Origin: an uncultured Verrucomicrobiota bacterium
GTDB lineage: Bacteria; Verrucomicrobiota; Kiritimatiellia; CAIQIC01; Lenti-01
DNA: 64,000 nucleotides
Assembly: GCA_964647595.1 (NCBI GenBank)
Contig: CAZYGH010000005.1
Coordinates: 34,961 to 98,960 of the forward strand
Direction of reading: 5' to 3'
Under the pieces are notes generated by a model. The model ran no database searches. It was not told the origin of the DNA and saw only the letters and a list, made by a program, of their open reading frames with translations. Both the position numbers and the translations under genes were made by a program. Of this stretch, positions 46,350 through 55,545 are shown piece after piece (position 1 is the stretch's first letter; the number at the start of each line of letters is the position of its first letter).

Positions 46350-46856
46350 TTACATATAGACCATAACGTGGAAGGAAATTTTCTCGTCGTGAGCCATAAA
46401 CGGAATAATGGCACCCTGTTGCTTGACGTTGACCGATCCGGGACCCGCATTCAGTGCGCCGATCGGCGAAATCTTTCCGGCCACCACCAGCGGCAAACCC
46501 ATCGCCACTTTTCCATACGCCTCGGCATACTTGCTTTTGAAAACGCCCGCGATGTTGTTGGCCAATTCCCCAAACGCATCGCAGATCGACGAGTCCTCCA
46601 CCTCTTCGGACATCATCATCTTCCGCGTAATGCGCAACGCATTCTCATCGCTGGCGGCAATCATCACATAGCCCACCCGCTCGCCCCCCACACCCACAAT
46701 CGCCACCACATCCGCATGGATGGGTGCGATTTTCATGATCACTTTTCCGGCGAAAAGATCTAAACCCAAAAACATCGAAAACGTGTCCTGCGTGGCAGCC
46801 GTAAGCGTGAACATTATTTCTTCGAAGGTGACTTCAACTGGGCTACTTTCGCTCAT
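46350..46856 (-). CDS. cheX: Chemotaxis phosphatase CheX/CheC-like
   Basis: About 165 aa with the GELANNIAG motif. Confidence 0.72.
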   Translation of the reverse strand: MSESSPVEVTFEEIMFTLTAATQDTFSMFLGLDLFAGKVIMKIAPIHADVVAIVGVGGERVGYVMIAASDENALRITRKMMMSEEVEDSSICDAFGELANNIAGVFKSKYAEAYGKVAMGLPLVVAGKISPIGALNAGPGSVNVKQQGAIIPFMAHDEKISFHVMVYM

Positions 46857-46999
46857 AGACTCTCCTAAAAATCTGGTTATGTTCCTCGGTCTGTTTTGCA
46901 GACTACATTTTCGTCCCTCTTCTTGAAAAGCCTATTCATCTTTTCAAAACAATTCTCTTCAAACAGAAATTTCGAGTATAGTCATCGAGAAGGAATAGC

Positions 47000-47302
47000 A
47001 TGAAAAAAACATTTACCCTGTCTCACCCCAAGATCAAAGCCGCCCGTTTAGCGGAAGCCGCCCGATGCGAGGTCCGCAAATATCTGAAAAGATCCCGAAA
47101 CCGTGCGCGCCCGGAAGGCGTCGATTTCTGGGATTTCGACTGCACCTTCGGCCCCACACCCGCAGAAGCCCAACCGCTTGACGTGGCCGACATCGGCAAG
47201 GCCATCTGTACCGCCGAAGCGAATCACGTTGAATCGTTTTATCTAGAAATCCTCGCCAAACCCGGCCACCGCCCAGTGAAGCCTCCCATCGAAACCCCGT
47301 GA
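47000..47302 (+). CDS. Hypothetical small basic protein
   Basis: 100 aa with no known motif. Translationally coupled (GTGA) to the downstream gene. Confidence 0.35.
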   Translation: MKKTFTLSHPKIKAARLAEAARCEVRKYLKRSRNRARPEGVDFWDFDCTFGPTPAEAQPLDVADIGKAICTAEANHVESFYLEILAKPGHRPVKPPIETP

Positions 47303-48033
47303 AGGTGCTGTCCATTGGCGATCAAATCCGCGCCGGAACCTATCTCGTCCGCTCACGCTTCACCCGAAGTGTGTTGCTGCTTGACCCCGCCCAGCGCGCC
47401 CTGTTTGTCGTGGATCGTTCGATCGGCGCGGGCCCCCTCCATCTGGTGGTCTCCAATCCCAACACCTTCGTCGCAGACGAGCAGCTCAATATTCCTCTCC
47501 CAAAACCTCCGCCCATTTTTGACTCCAAAATGCCGCACCTATCCGCAAACGCACGGCAACGACTCCTGCGCGTTCTCCAATCTTCCCTGCCCCGTCATGC
47601 CCATCCCGAAAGCCTCATTTCACTTTTCACCCCTCCAAAGAAACTCTCCACCGTTCATCACCATCGCAACGCCATTTTTCAAAAGGCCTTTGCCCATGTG
47701 GAGGCCCGACAAATCACCGAAGCGATACGCCTCATCCGGGGCTGCGGCGAGGGTCTCACGCCTTCCGGTGACGATTTTATATGCGGCTGGATGCTGGCGC
47801 TTCGTCTGAAAAAAAAGTTCGAGCAAGCCCAATGTTTGTTGCCACACGCCCTCGGAAATAACCCCATCTCCAACGCCTTCTTGGAAATGGCCGCAAAAGG
47901 CCGCGTGAATATCGCACTACAACACCTCTTGACCTCCCCCACAGATGCCCACATCAAAAAAGTGTGCGCCTTCGGTCACTCTTCCGGCGCAGACATCCTG
48001 TGCGGCCTTTGGTTTGGCTTCATCCGTCAATAA
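47299..48033 (+). CDS. Hypothetical protein with GCGEGLTPSGDDFICG motif (DUF2877/AllH-like?)
   Basis: GTG start overlaps the upstream stop. The GxGxGLTPxGDD motif is recalled from an uncharacterised family; the assignment is uncertain. Confidence 0.35.
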   Translation: MKVLSIGDQIRAGTYLVRSRFTRSVLLLDPAQRALFVVDRSIGAGPLHLVVSNPNTFVADEQLNIPLPKPPPIFDSKMPHLSANARQRLLRVLQSSLPRHAHPESLISLFTPPKKLSTVHHHRNAIFQKAFAHVEARQITEAIRLIRGCGEGLTPSGDDFICGWMLALRLKKKFEQAQCLLPHALGNNPISNAFLEMAAKGRVNIALQHLLTSPTDAHIKKVCAFGHSSGADILCGLWFGFIRQ

Positions 48034-48827
48034 ACCAGCCACCACCAGACCACCAGACTAAGCCCCATGCGATACCAGCCAAAGGCTTCAAACGTGTGGT
48101 TCGAAATCAGTTTCATCAACCATCGAATGGCCAAGCGCGCCACAACATACGAAACCCCCAGCCCAATGGCGTAGGGGATATAGTCTGAGTGTTGCAAGGA
48201 ATCCCATCCCTTGTAGAGATCGTAGACCGCCGCCAACATCAACACGGGCACGGCCGCAAAAAACGAATACTCAGCAGCCGTCTTGCGCCCCAATCCCATC
48301 AACCGCCCGCCCATAATCGTGGCCATGGATCGCGACGTGCCGGGCACCATAGCCAGACACTGAAAAAAACCCATTCCCAGCGCCCTCTTCCAGCCCAAGG
48401 CATCCACCCCGCCTTCCTCCTGCGAAGGCAACAGCCTCTCCATCACAATCATGATCACGCCACCCACGCCGAGCGCGATGGCAATCACCCCCGGCGTGAA
48501 CAGCTTTTCTTTAATGACCGAATGAAACAACCCGCCCAACACCACCGCCGGCAATGTCGTCAGCCCCAGCCAAAACAGACCTCGAATGCCCGCAAATCCA
48601 ACCAGATTTCGAAAATCGGCCAGCCGCGCAAACCGCTTCCAGTACTCCACCAGAACGGCCAGAACGGCCCCCGATTGGATCACCACCTCAAACACATCGC
48701 TGAAGGGCTTGCCCATCCATTCATTCGCCAAAATGAGGTGGCCGGTGGAGGAAATCGGGAGATACTCCGTGATTCCCTCCACCACCCCCATCCAGGCGGC
48801 CATCAGTCCAGTTGTGAATTCTGACAT
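48027..48827 (-). CDS. uppP: Undecaprenyl-diphosphate phosphatase UppP (BacA)
   Basis: Carries the BacA signature region EGITEYLPISSTGHLIL plus a C-terminal PGxSRSxxT-like motif. Multiple TMs. Confidence 0.85.
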   Translation of the reverse strand: MSEFTTGLMAAWMGVVEGITEYLPISSTGHLILANEWMGKPFSDVFEVVIQSGAVLAVLVEYWKRFARLADFRNLVGFAGIRGLFWLGLTTLPAVVLGGLFHSVIKEKLFTPGVIAIALGVGGVIMIVMERLLPSQEEGGVDALGWKRALGMGFFQCLAMVPGTSRSMATIMGGRLMGLGRKTAAEYSFFAAVPVLMLAAVYDLYKGWDSLQHSDYIPYAIGLGVSYVVARLAIRWLMKLISNHTFEAFGWYRMGLSLVVWWWLVY

Positions 48828-48837
48828 GCCGCAGATC

Positions 48838-50415
48838 TTACAGTTCAACGTGGAAGGCCACGTGTGCCTGAATATCCACGCCAATCTGCTTCACGAGCGA
48901 TTCATCCACCGCGCGGTTCACCTTCAAGATGGCCAAGGAGGTCTTGCCCTTCGAGTCGTGCGGATTTCGCACATCATCGATGTTCACACCCGCCGCCGCC
49001 AAGGCCGCCGCAATGCGCCCCAACACGCCGGGACGATCCTCATAGGTAAACACCACCCAGTTGCCAGTGGGCTCGAAGTACAGCTTGTCGAAGTCGTTGA
49101 TGCGCGCAATCAGCAAATTGCCTTCCTCCACCGTCCCCCGAACACTCGCACGCACCAAATGCTCGGCATCAATGTTGCCCGTCAGGTCCACCGTGATGGA
49201 GTTGGTAAAAGCCTTATGATCATCGGTCACACGATTCACATAATCAACACCCATGTCGGCCAAAAACGCCAACGTGCGCTTGTGATCCATGCCCGTGTCG
49301 TAGTCCGCGCTCAACCCCGCCGTCACCGGCGTCAACAGCCACTGCGCATACGGCTTAAGCGAGCCGTAGAAGCTTGTTTCAATCAGCTTTAGACGCGTAT
49401 CCGCTCCCAACACGCGGCGGCAAATGCGCGTGAGCACATGGGCCAGCCGCCCAAAGGCGGGATCCAGCCCGGCGGGCACATCGCGGTTGACCACCGCACT
49501 TGTAATCCCCTTGTCATCCAGATCAATCAGCTCCCGCGCGGAAAGCTCGGCGGCCTTTCGATTGGCTTCGCGTGTGCTCGCGCCCAAATGCGGCAACATC
49601 AAATCAGCAATGTCCACCACGCTCTTGGGACCTTCCTCGTCCTTGGCATACACATCGTTCAGGAACCGGATTTTCTTCTCGGCCTTGAGCGCTCGCAAAT
49701 CGGCCTCGTTGAGAATTCCGGCACGAGCGCAATTAATCAACGTGGCACCCGTCCTCATTCCCCCCAACAACACACGATTGATCATGCCGCGCGTTTCTTC
49801 ATTCTCCGGAATATGAAGCGAGACATAGTCCGCGCGCCTGAACAATTCCGGCAGGCTGGTCAGCTCAATGCCGAGCGCCGCCGCCTTTTCTTCCGAAGTG
49901 AACGGATCGTAGCCAATTATTTTCACTTCGAATCCCGCCAAGCGCTTCGCCACCAATTGTCCAATGTAGCCCAGCCCCACAATCCCCACCGTCTTCCCGG
50001 TGAGCTCCGTGCCCATGAAAGCCGTCTTTTCCCACTGTCCGGCCCGGCACGAGGCATCTGCCGCCACCAGATGGCGCGCATCGGCCAGCATCATGGCCAC
50101 CACCTCTTCCGCCACCGCATTGGAATTCGCCCCCGGCGTATTCATCACATCCACGCCTTTTTTGCGGGCATGGCGAATATCAATTGTGTTGTAACCCGCT
50201 CCCGCCCGCACAATCACCTTGATCCCGGGCGCCGAGTCGATGATGTCGGCTGTGATTTTCTCGCTACGCACGATCAACGCATGAGTGTCAGGGTTGTCGC
50301 GAACCAATTGGGCCACGTCGCATTTCGGAACCTGCACCACCGCATAGCCGCCATGGGCCTCCAGAATCTCTTTGGCCACGGCATCCAATGCAGTCGGAAT
50401 CAATACTTTCTTCAT
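48838..50415 (-). CDS. serA: D-3-phosphoglycerate dehydrogenase SerA (with ACT domain)
   Basis: 2-hydroxyacid dehydrogenase NAD-binding motif GIVGLGYIGQLVAKRL, a long C-terminal ASB region, and an ACT domain. Confidence 0.9.
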   Translation of the reverse strand: MKKVLIPTALDAVAKEILEAHGGYAVVQVPKCDVAQLVRDNPDTHALIVRSEKITADIIDSAPGIKVIVRAGAGYNTIDIRHARKKGVDVMNTPGANSNAVAEEVVAMMLADARHLVAADASCRAGQWEKTAFMGTELTGKTVGIVGLGYIGQLVAKRLAGFEVKIIGYDPFTSEEKAAALGIELTSLPELFRRADYVSLHIPENEETRGMINRVLLGGMRTGATLINCARAGILNEADLRALKAEKKIRFLNDVYAKDEEGPKSVVDIADLMLPHLGASTREANRKAAELSARELIDLDDKGITSAVVNRDVPAGLDPAFGRLAHVLTRICRRVLGADTRLKLIETSFYGSLKPYAQWLLTPVTAGLSADYDTGMDHKRTLAFLADMGVDYVNRVTDDHKAFTNSITVDLTGNIDAEHLVRASVRGTVEEGNLLIARINDFDKLYFEPTGNWVVFTYEDRPGVLGRIAAALAAAGVNIDDVRNPHDSKGKTSLAILKVNRAVDESLVKQIGVDIQAHVAFHVEL

Positions 50416-50535
50416 CTCTTCTCCCTTTCGTCGTTATGTGGAGTGGAAAGCCCGTACTGTAGCCAGCTCCTCATTCCCGCGCAAGCCCTTCCAAGAACCT
50501 TGACCACCTCCCGCCCGTTGCGTAATGTTCCCGCC

Positions 50536-51528
50536 ATGTTGAAATCCTCTTCAAAAACCGGATGGCGCGGTCTGTTTTTCTTTTTCCTGCTGGGGTGCCT
50601 GCTGACCACGGCACCGGAAACCCAAGCCATTGCTAAACCCTACGTCGAAACCACTCCCAAACGTGGGTTTCACCTGTTCGTCCGCCCCAAGAAAAAGGCC
50701 CCCGACGCCCAGTGGAAATACGTTCAGGAACTCGAACAAGCCGGCAAGACCCGAGCCGCCGCCAAACAGGCTCTGGCCCTTCGCCTCTTTTGGCCGCATT
50801 CGCCCGAAGCCCCCGATGCCCAACTGCGCTATGCCCGCTTGCTGGAGCTACGCCAACATCCTCAAGAAGCCTTCGACGCTTACCAATACTTGATGGAACA
50901 TTACACCGGACACTTTGCCTTCAACGAGGTCATCGATCGCCAAATGGCCATCGCCAAATCGCTGATGAATACCAAAAAGGGCAAGTTCCTCTTCATTCCC
51001 GGCTTCGCGGCTCCCGAGCGCGCCATTCCGCTCTTTGAAAAAATTGTCGCCAGCGCCCCTGAAGGTCAGCACACCGCCGAAGCGTATTATCTGATCGGCG
51101 TTGCTAATGAAAAAACGTACGATTACGACAAAGCCATCGAAGCCTACTTCACCACCTTGAATCGATTTCCCACCAGCGAATACGCCGAGAAATCCGCCTA
51201 TTCTCAGGCGCAGTGCCATATCAAAATCTCCGATGACTCCCCCAACGACAACCGCGCCCTCGCCACCGCCCGTGCCGCCAGTTTTCTCTTCCTGCAACGC
51301 TATCCCGACTCCGAACACCGCGTGGCCGTGGAGGCCGATCTTTCCCGCCTCCACCAACGCCAAATCCAAAATGCCTACGCCCTCGCGCGCTATTATGACA
51401 CCATTCTCAAAAAGCCTGCCGCCGCCCTCATCGAATATCAGACGTTTGTCGCCTTATATCCAGATGCCGAACAGGCCCCCGCTGCACGCGAGCGCATCGC
51501 CCAACTGAACCCGCCCAAGGAGAACTAG
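50536..51528 (+). CDS. BamD/YfiO-like TPR lipoprotein (outer-membrane assembly)
   Basis: Signal/lipoprotein-like N-terminus followed by TPR-like helices with a YYLIGVANEKTYDYDKAIEAY pattern. The upstream 366 codons of the ORF are antisense to serA and were excluded. Confidence 0.6.
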   Translation: MLKSSSKTGWRGLFFFFLLGCLLTTAPETQAIAKPYVETTPKRGFHLFVRPKKKAPDAQWKYVQELEQAGKTRAAAKQALALRLFWPHSPEAPDAQLRYARLLELRQHPQEAFDAYQYLMEHYTGHFAFNEVIDRQMAIAKSLMNTKKGKFLFIPGFAAPERAIPLFEKIVASAPEGQHTAEAYYLIGVANEKTYDYDKAIEAYFTTLNRFPTSEYAEKSAYSQAQCHIKISDDSPNDNRALATARAASFLFLQRYPDSEHRVAVEADLSRLHQRQIQNAYALARYYDTILKKPAAALIEYQTFVALYPDAEQAPAARERIAQLNPPKEN

Positions 51529-51529
51529 G

Positions 51530-52039
51530 ATGAACAAATTCCTCACCCTGCTTGTCACCACTGGTTTGATTCTGCTGACCTCCGGTTGCGCCAGTTATCG
51601 CCTGGGCTCCATGCTCCCTGCCGACATTCGAACCGTTCACATCCCCACCTGCGTGAACAAAACCACCGAGCCGCTGATCGAACAAGATGTCACCCGCGCC
51701 ATCCTCGCCCAAGTCCAAATGGATGGCTCCTTGCGCGTCGCCTCCGAGGAAACAGCCGACACCATCCTCGATGTCACCCTCACCCACTTCTGGCTCGATC
51801 CCGTCGCTTATCAAACCGGCGCCAGTTCCACCGTCAATCAATACCGCATGAGCATCCGCGCCTCCTTCGTTCTACGCCGTCGCGTCGATAACTCCGTTGT
51901 CGCCGAATCACCCGGTCTCACCGGCTGGTATGATTTCAATTTTGCCGGCGACATGACCACCTCCAAAAACATCGCCCTGCGTCCCGCCGCCGAGGATCTC
52001 GGCCGCCGCATCGTCAACCGCATCGTTCAATACTGGTAG
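51530..52039 (+). CDS. LptE-like LPS-assembly lipoprotein
   Basis: Lipobox LLTSGCASY, about 170 aa, an LptE-like pattern. Adjacent to the bamD-like gene. Confidence 0.55.
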   Translation: MNKFLTLLVTTGLILLTSGCASYRLGSMLPADIRTVHIPTCVNKTTEPLIEQDVTRAILAQVQMDGSLRVASEETADTILDVTLTHFWLDPVAYQTGASSTVNQYRMSIRASFVLRRRVDNSVVAESPGLTGWYDFNFAGDMTTSKNIALRPAAEDLGRRIVNRIVQYW

Positions 52040-52051
52040 GATTCCGCGCTC

Positions 52052-52861
52052 GTGCCCGCCAAGCGCATCATTCCCTGCCTCGACATCACCGGCGGGCGCG
52101 TCGTCAAAGGCGTTCGCTTTGTCGAATTGCGCGACGCCGGCGACCCCGTATCCATTGCCCGCGCCTACGAAGCCCAAGGCGCCGACGAGCTGACCTTCCT
52201 CGACATCACCGCCTCCAGCGATGGACGAGACACCATGGTCGAAGTGGTCCGCGCCGTCGCCGCCCAAGTCTTCATGCCCCTCACCGTGGGCGGCGGCATT
52301 CGCACCCCCGCCGATATTCGAAAAATGCTACAGGCCGGTGCTGACAAGGTCTCGCTCAACACTGCCGCCCTGCTCAACCCCGGCCTCATCGACGATTCCT
52401 CGCGGCAGTTCGGCTCTCAATGCGTCGTCCTCGCCATCGACGCCCGACGCAACACCGACGGGCGTCCCGGCTGGACCGTCTACACCCACGGCGGACGCAA
52501 GCCCACCGAGCTCGACGCCGTGGAATGGGCCCGCGAAGGCGTCCGGCGCGGCGCCGGCGAAATTCTTCTCACCAGCATGGACTGCGACGGCACCAAAAAC
52601 GGCTATGACCTCCCCCTCACCCGCGCCATTGCCGATGCCGTCCCCGTACCCGTCATCGCTTCGGGCGGCGTCGGAACCCTCGATCACCTCCGCGCGGGCA
52701 TCGTGGAAGGCCATGCCGACGCCGTGTTAGCCGCCTCCATTTTCCATTTTGGAGAATTCACCGTCCCTCAAGCCAAAGCCTATCTCTCCCAGTGTGGCAT
52801 CGAGGTTCGCACGCCCTTCATCCCTGCCGATTCCATCCCCTCGAAAGGAAATCCCACATGA
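52052..52861 (+). CDS. hisF: Imidazole glycerol phosphate synthase cyclase subunit HisF
   Basis: N-terminus [20 protein letters not shown] and the conserved TIM-barrel motifs ([18 protein letters not shown]). Confidence 0.9.
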   Translation: MPAKRIIPCLDITGGRVVKGVRFVELRDAGDPVSIARAYEAQGADELTFLDITASSDGRDTMVEVVRAVAAQVFMPLTVGGGIRTPADIRKMLQAGADKVSLNTAALLNPGLIDDSSRQFGSQCVVLAIDARRNTDGRPGWTVYTHGGRKPTELDAVEWAREGVRRGAGEILLTSMDCDGTKNGYDLPLTRAIADAVPVPVIASGGVGTLDHLRAGIVEGHADAVLAASIFHFGEFTVPQAKAYLSQCGIEVRTPFIPADSIPSKGNPT

Positions 52862-53268
52862 ACGAGCTCGAAGAAGGCACCACCCTTTCCCTCGATTTCA
52901 ACAAGCTGACCAAGGCCATCTCCACCTGCCCCGGCGTCATTCCTGTGGCCGTCCAACACGTCGACACCCGCGACATCATTCTCATCGCCTACACCAATGA
53001 AGCGGCCATGAAAAAAGCCATCGCCGAACGAACCGCCATTTTCTGGAGTACCTCCCGTAATGAACTCTGGGAAAAAGGCAAAACCTCCGGCGAAACCTTT
53101 GACTTGCTGGACGTGCGCGTCAATTGCGAACAAAACTCCCTCGTCTATATCGTGCGTCCTCGCCGCGGTGGCATCTGTCACACGAAGAATGAAAAAGGCC
53201 AACCCCGCAACTGCTACTACCGCACCTTAAATTTCGAGACCGGCCAACTCGTCCATCTCGACCCCTGA
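52858..53268 (+). CDS. hisI: Phosphoribosyl-AMP cyclohydrolase HisI
   Basis: ATGA overlap with hisF. PRA-CH motifs are present (IAYTNEAAM...[21 protein letters not shown]...C..D). Confidence 0.85.
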   Translation: MNELEEGTTLSLDFNKLTKAISTCPGVIPVAVQHVDTRDIILIAYTNEAAMKKAIAERTAIFWSTSRNELWEKGKTSGETFDLLDVRVNCEQNSLVYIVRPRRGGICHTKNEKGQPRNCYYRTLNFETGQLVHLDP

Positions 53269-53274
53269 GCCCCC

Positions 53275-54303
53275 ATGAGCGCAACTCCGCCCTCCCGTCC
53301 CCGTCCCGCCACCTCGCAGGACCCGTTGCGCACCGCCGCCAATCGGCGGATCCTCATTTTTATTTCCGCCTCCGTCCTCCTCTTCATCGGTGCCCTATGG
53401 CTCGCCGTGCACAAAGAAACCCTCACCGTCGTCCCCACCCTCCCTCCCCCCCTCACCGAAGAGCCCACGCTCGATATTCCAAAACCAACAGCAAAGCCCA
53501 TTCCCCTCCCAACCCCGCCGCCCGTTGTTGAGCCCACCTCGCCTGCCTTGGATCAATCGGCTCAAATGGAAGTCGCCCTTGTCGCCTATCGAGAAGCCTC
53601 CGAGCACCTGATTGCCAAACGGTTTGATCCGGCCGAGGAACGAGCCCTCGCCGCCCTCACCGCCTACCCCAAAATGGCCTCCGCCCAGCGAATCCTCGGC
53701 CTCATCTATCTCCAACAAGGCCGCGTGGATCGCGCGATTACCGTCCTTGAAGAATCTCTGCGCAACGAGCCCCTTCACCCCGAAGCCCTCACCCATCTCG
53801 CCTTTGCCTATTTGCAAAATCAGAATCCCGGCCTCGCCATGGAACTCATCGAAACCTGTCGCCGAATCCACCCCGACTACAAACCCGCCCTCATCCAACA
53901 GGGACTCATGCTTCTCTCCCAGCCCGATTCACAAGAAGCCGTCGATGTCCTGCGCGAAGCCGTCGCCGCCTTCCCCAGCATGCCCGGCCCCCGTAATAAT
54001 TTGGCCGTGGCCCTCGCACGCCGAGGTGATCGCGAAGGCGCCCGTGAACAGCTCTCTGCCCTCATCGAGATCGACCCCAATAATTTTTCTGCCCTCTTCA
54101 ACACAGGAGCCCTTTACGCGCAAGAAACCAACGCACCCGCCGCCCTCCCGTTTCTGCGCCGCGCCATGGCACAAATGAACCCCTCCAACTTCCGCACCTA
54201 TCTGAACGATCCCGACCTCGCCCCCATCCGCGAATCCACCGAATTCAAACAGCTCTTGGAAGAACTCGATCCCCTCTTTCCCGTCCTTCGTCCGCCGCAA
54301 TAA
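53275..54303 (+). CDS. TPR-repeat membrane-anchored protein
   Basis: One TM (ILIFISASVLLFIGALWLAV), a Pro-rich linker, and about six TPR-like helical repeats. Confidence 0.6.
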   Translation: MSATPPSRPRPATSQDPLRTAANRRILIFISASVLLFIGALWLAVHKETLTVVPTLPPPLTEEPTLDIPKPTAKPIPLPTPPPVVEPTSPALDQSAQMEVALVAYREASEHLIAKRFDPAEERALAALTAYPKMASAQRILGLIYLQQGRVDRAITVLEESLRNEPLHPEALTHLAFAYLQNQNPGLAMELIETCRRIHPDYKPALIQQGLMLLSQPDSQEAVDVLREAVAAFPSMPGPRNNLAVALARRGDREGAREQLSALIEIDPNNFSALFNTGALYAQETNAPAALPFLRRAMAQMNPSNFRTYLNDPDLAPIRESTEFKQLLEELDPLFPVLRPPQ

Positions 54304-54323
54304 AATCCGGCAAACCACCTACG

Positions 54324-54397
54324 TTTTCCACACAATGGAAAACTTTTTCTCGATTTTTCCACACAATGGAAAGAATGTTTCCACACTGTGGAAAAAC
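54324..54397. repeat. Composite palindromic triad element (copy 3, inverted orientation)
   Basis: TTTTCCACACAATGGAAAA, TTTTTCCACACAATGGAAAG, TGTTTCCACACTGTGGAAAAA: the reverse complement of the copy 1/2 order, with mirrored spacing. Lies between the convergent TPR and prepilin-like genes. Confidence 0.85.
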
Positions 54398-54400
54398 CAA

Positions 54401-54778
54401 TTAGGGCGCACTTCCAATCCACAGCTGCCGATTCGTTCCCGTCATGTCCCCACCCATCGACCACAAATAAAATGTCACCTTGGAGCTGTTTGAATACCCA
54501 TACGACATTCCCCACGGATCCATGAAGTTCGAATTCGAATGATTTGCAGCCGCCAGCGCTCCCTTCAAACCATCGATATCCGGCACCTGACCATATTTCG
54601 TTTGGTAATCCGTCACGAAACTTTCCAACTGGGTGACCTCTGCTTCCGCCTTGGTGCGCGCGGCCTTTTTCTGCGCATTCCCCGCCAACCCCAGAATCAG
54701 CGCGGCCAACAACGCAATGATGGCAATCACCGTCAATACTTCAACCAAGGTAAATCCAGCCCGATTCGCTCTCTTCAT
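54401..54778 (-). CDS. Prepilin-type N-terminal cleavage/methylation domain protein (type IV pilin/pseudopilin-like)
   Basis: N-terminus RAGFTLVEVLTVIAIIALLAALIL is the class III signal peptide/N-methylation motif. Start set at the internal ATG (MKRANRAGFTLVE). Confidence 0.72.
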   Translation of the reverse strand: MKRANRAGFTLVEVLTVIAIIALLAALILGLAGNAQKKAARTKAEAEVTQLESFVTDYQTKYGQVPDIDGLKGALAAANHSNSNFMDPWGMSYGYSNSSKVTFYLWSMGGDMTGTNRQLWIGSAP

Positions 54779-54847
54779 CGCATCTCTCCTTGTTTGGACT
54801 ATACTGCGCCATCCCCATGTCGGAATCAATCCCTCTCTCATAATCCG

Positions 54848-54968
54848 CTTGAAAACTCTTGCCAAAACGGTCGGGACGGAGCCCGACCCTCCAAAAACCT
54901 CAAACCAGATTGTTTTCGCCGTTGGAGGGACGACCTCCGTGTCGTCCGGGTTCGTTTTGCAAGGGCTC
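54848..54968 (+). repeat. Roughly 125-bp long-hairpin repeat element (copy B), overlapping the cutA 3' end
   Basis: Aligns with copy A over about 120 bp with few substitutions. The last roughly 23 codons of the cutA ORF are encoded inside the element. Confidence 0.8.
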
Positions 54969-55298
54969 TACAACCGATCCTTTTGTCGTCTCGTCGCCCA
55001 CCCATTGCAAATACGCTGCAAAGCCCGCCGTGACCGGAAGCAGCAAAATCTCGGGAACCTCGTACGAATGCCGTGCCCGGACGAACGCCTCCACTTCTGG
55101 ATACAGCGCCACTTTCGTTTTGATCAGCACCAAGACCTCCGAATCCCGCTTCACTTCGCCCTTCCACCGATACACACTTTGGATAGGCATCGTCTGAACG
55201 CACGCCGCCAATCGACTTTCCAACAGCCCATCGATCACGTTCTCCGCCTCCTCCGCATCGGGAAACGTCACCATCACAACACCCACTTCCGTATTCAT
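54900..55298 (-). CDS. cutA: Divalent-cation tolerance protein CutA
   Basis: The CutA1 pattern AACVQTMPIQSVYRWKGEVKRDSEVLVLIKT...HSYEVPEILLLPV is present. The C-terminal tail beyond about YLQWV lies within repeat copy B. Confidence 0.75.
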   Translation of the reverse strand: MNTEVGVVMVTFPDAEEAENVIDGLLESRLAACVQTMPIQSVYRWKGEVKRDSEVLVLIKTKVALYPEVEAFVRARHSYEVPEILLLPVTAGFAAYLQWVGDETTKGSVVEPLQNEPGRHGGRPSNGENNLV

Positions 55299-55343
55299 TC
55301 TCCCAAGAGTACCCGATCTTCATCCCAAACACACGCGTGGATA

Positions 55344-55360
55344 CTGTTTTATAAAACAAG
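55344..55360. promoter_or_regulatory. Palindrome CTGTTTTATAAAACAAG in the cutA/PiT divergent intergenic region
   Basis: Perfect inverted repeat TGTTTTATAAAACA, a variant of the 18-bp site seen at 55410 and 58463. Confidence 0.4.
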
Positions 55361-55409
55361 GTCCGTTTTCTTTGCATCCCCCGGGCCCCTTGCCCCCAAA
55401 AATGGGATA

Positions 55410-55427
55410 TAGTTTTATAAAACAATA
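55410..55427. promoter_or_regulatory. Palindromic site TAGTTTTATAAAACAATA upstream of the PiT transporter gene
   Basis: 18-bp sequence identical to 58463-58480. Both copies are preceded by the related cccaaaa(a/c)gg stretch. Confidence 0.45.
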
Positions 55428-55545
55428 GCCAAAATGGGGAAGGCTGAAACGAAAGAGTAAAACGATTTACTAATTTTCTTGCTCCTCCATCTCTCTCCGG
55501 CTACAGTGCGCGGGCAAACCCAAACCCTTTGTCAAAGGATAGATT

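Noticed and set aside
49438-50535. N-terminal 366 codons of the 696-aa ORF 49438..51528
   Set aside because: This part is antisense to serA, His/Arg-rich and low-complexity. The BamD-like protein starts at the internal ATG 50536, with a signal peptide directly after it.
50412-50630. 72-aa minus-strand ORF in the serA/bamD-like intergenic region
   Set aside because: No RBS or domain support. It overlaps the probable promoter and signal-peptide region of the BamD-like gene.
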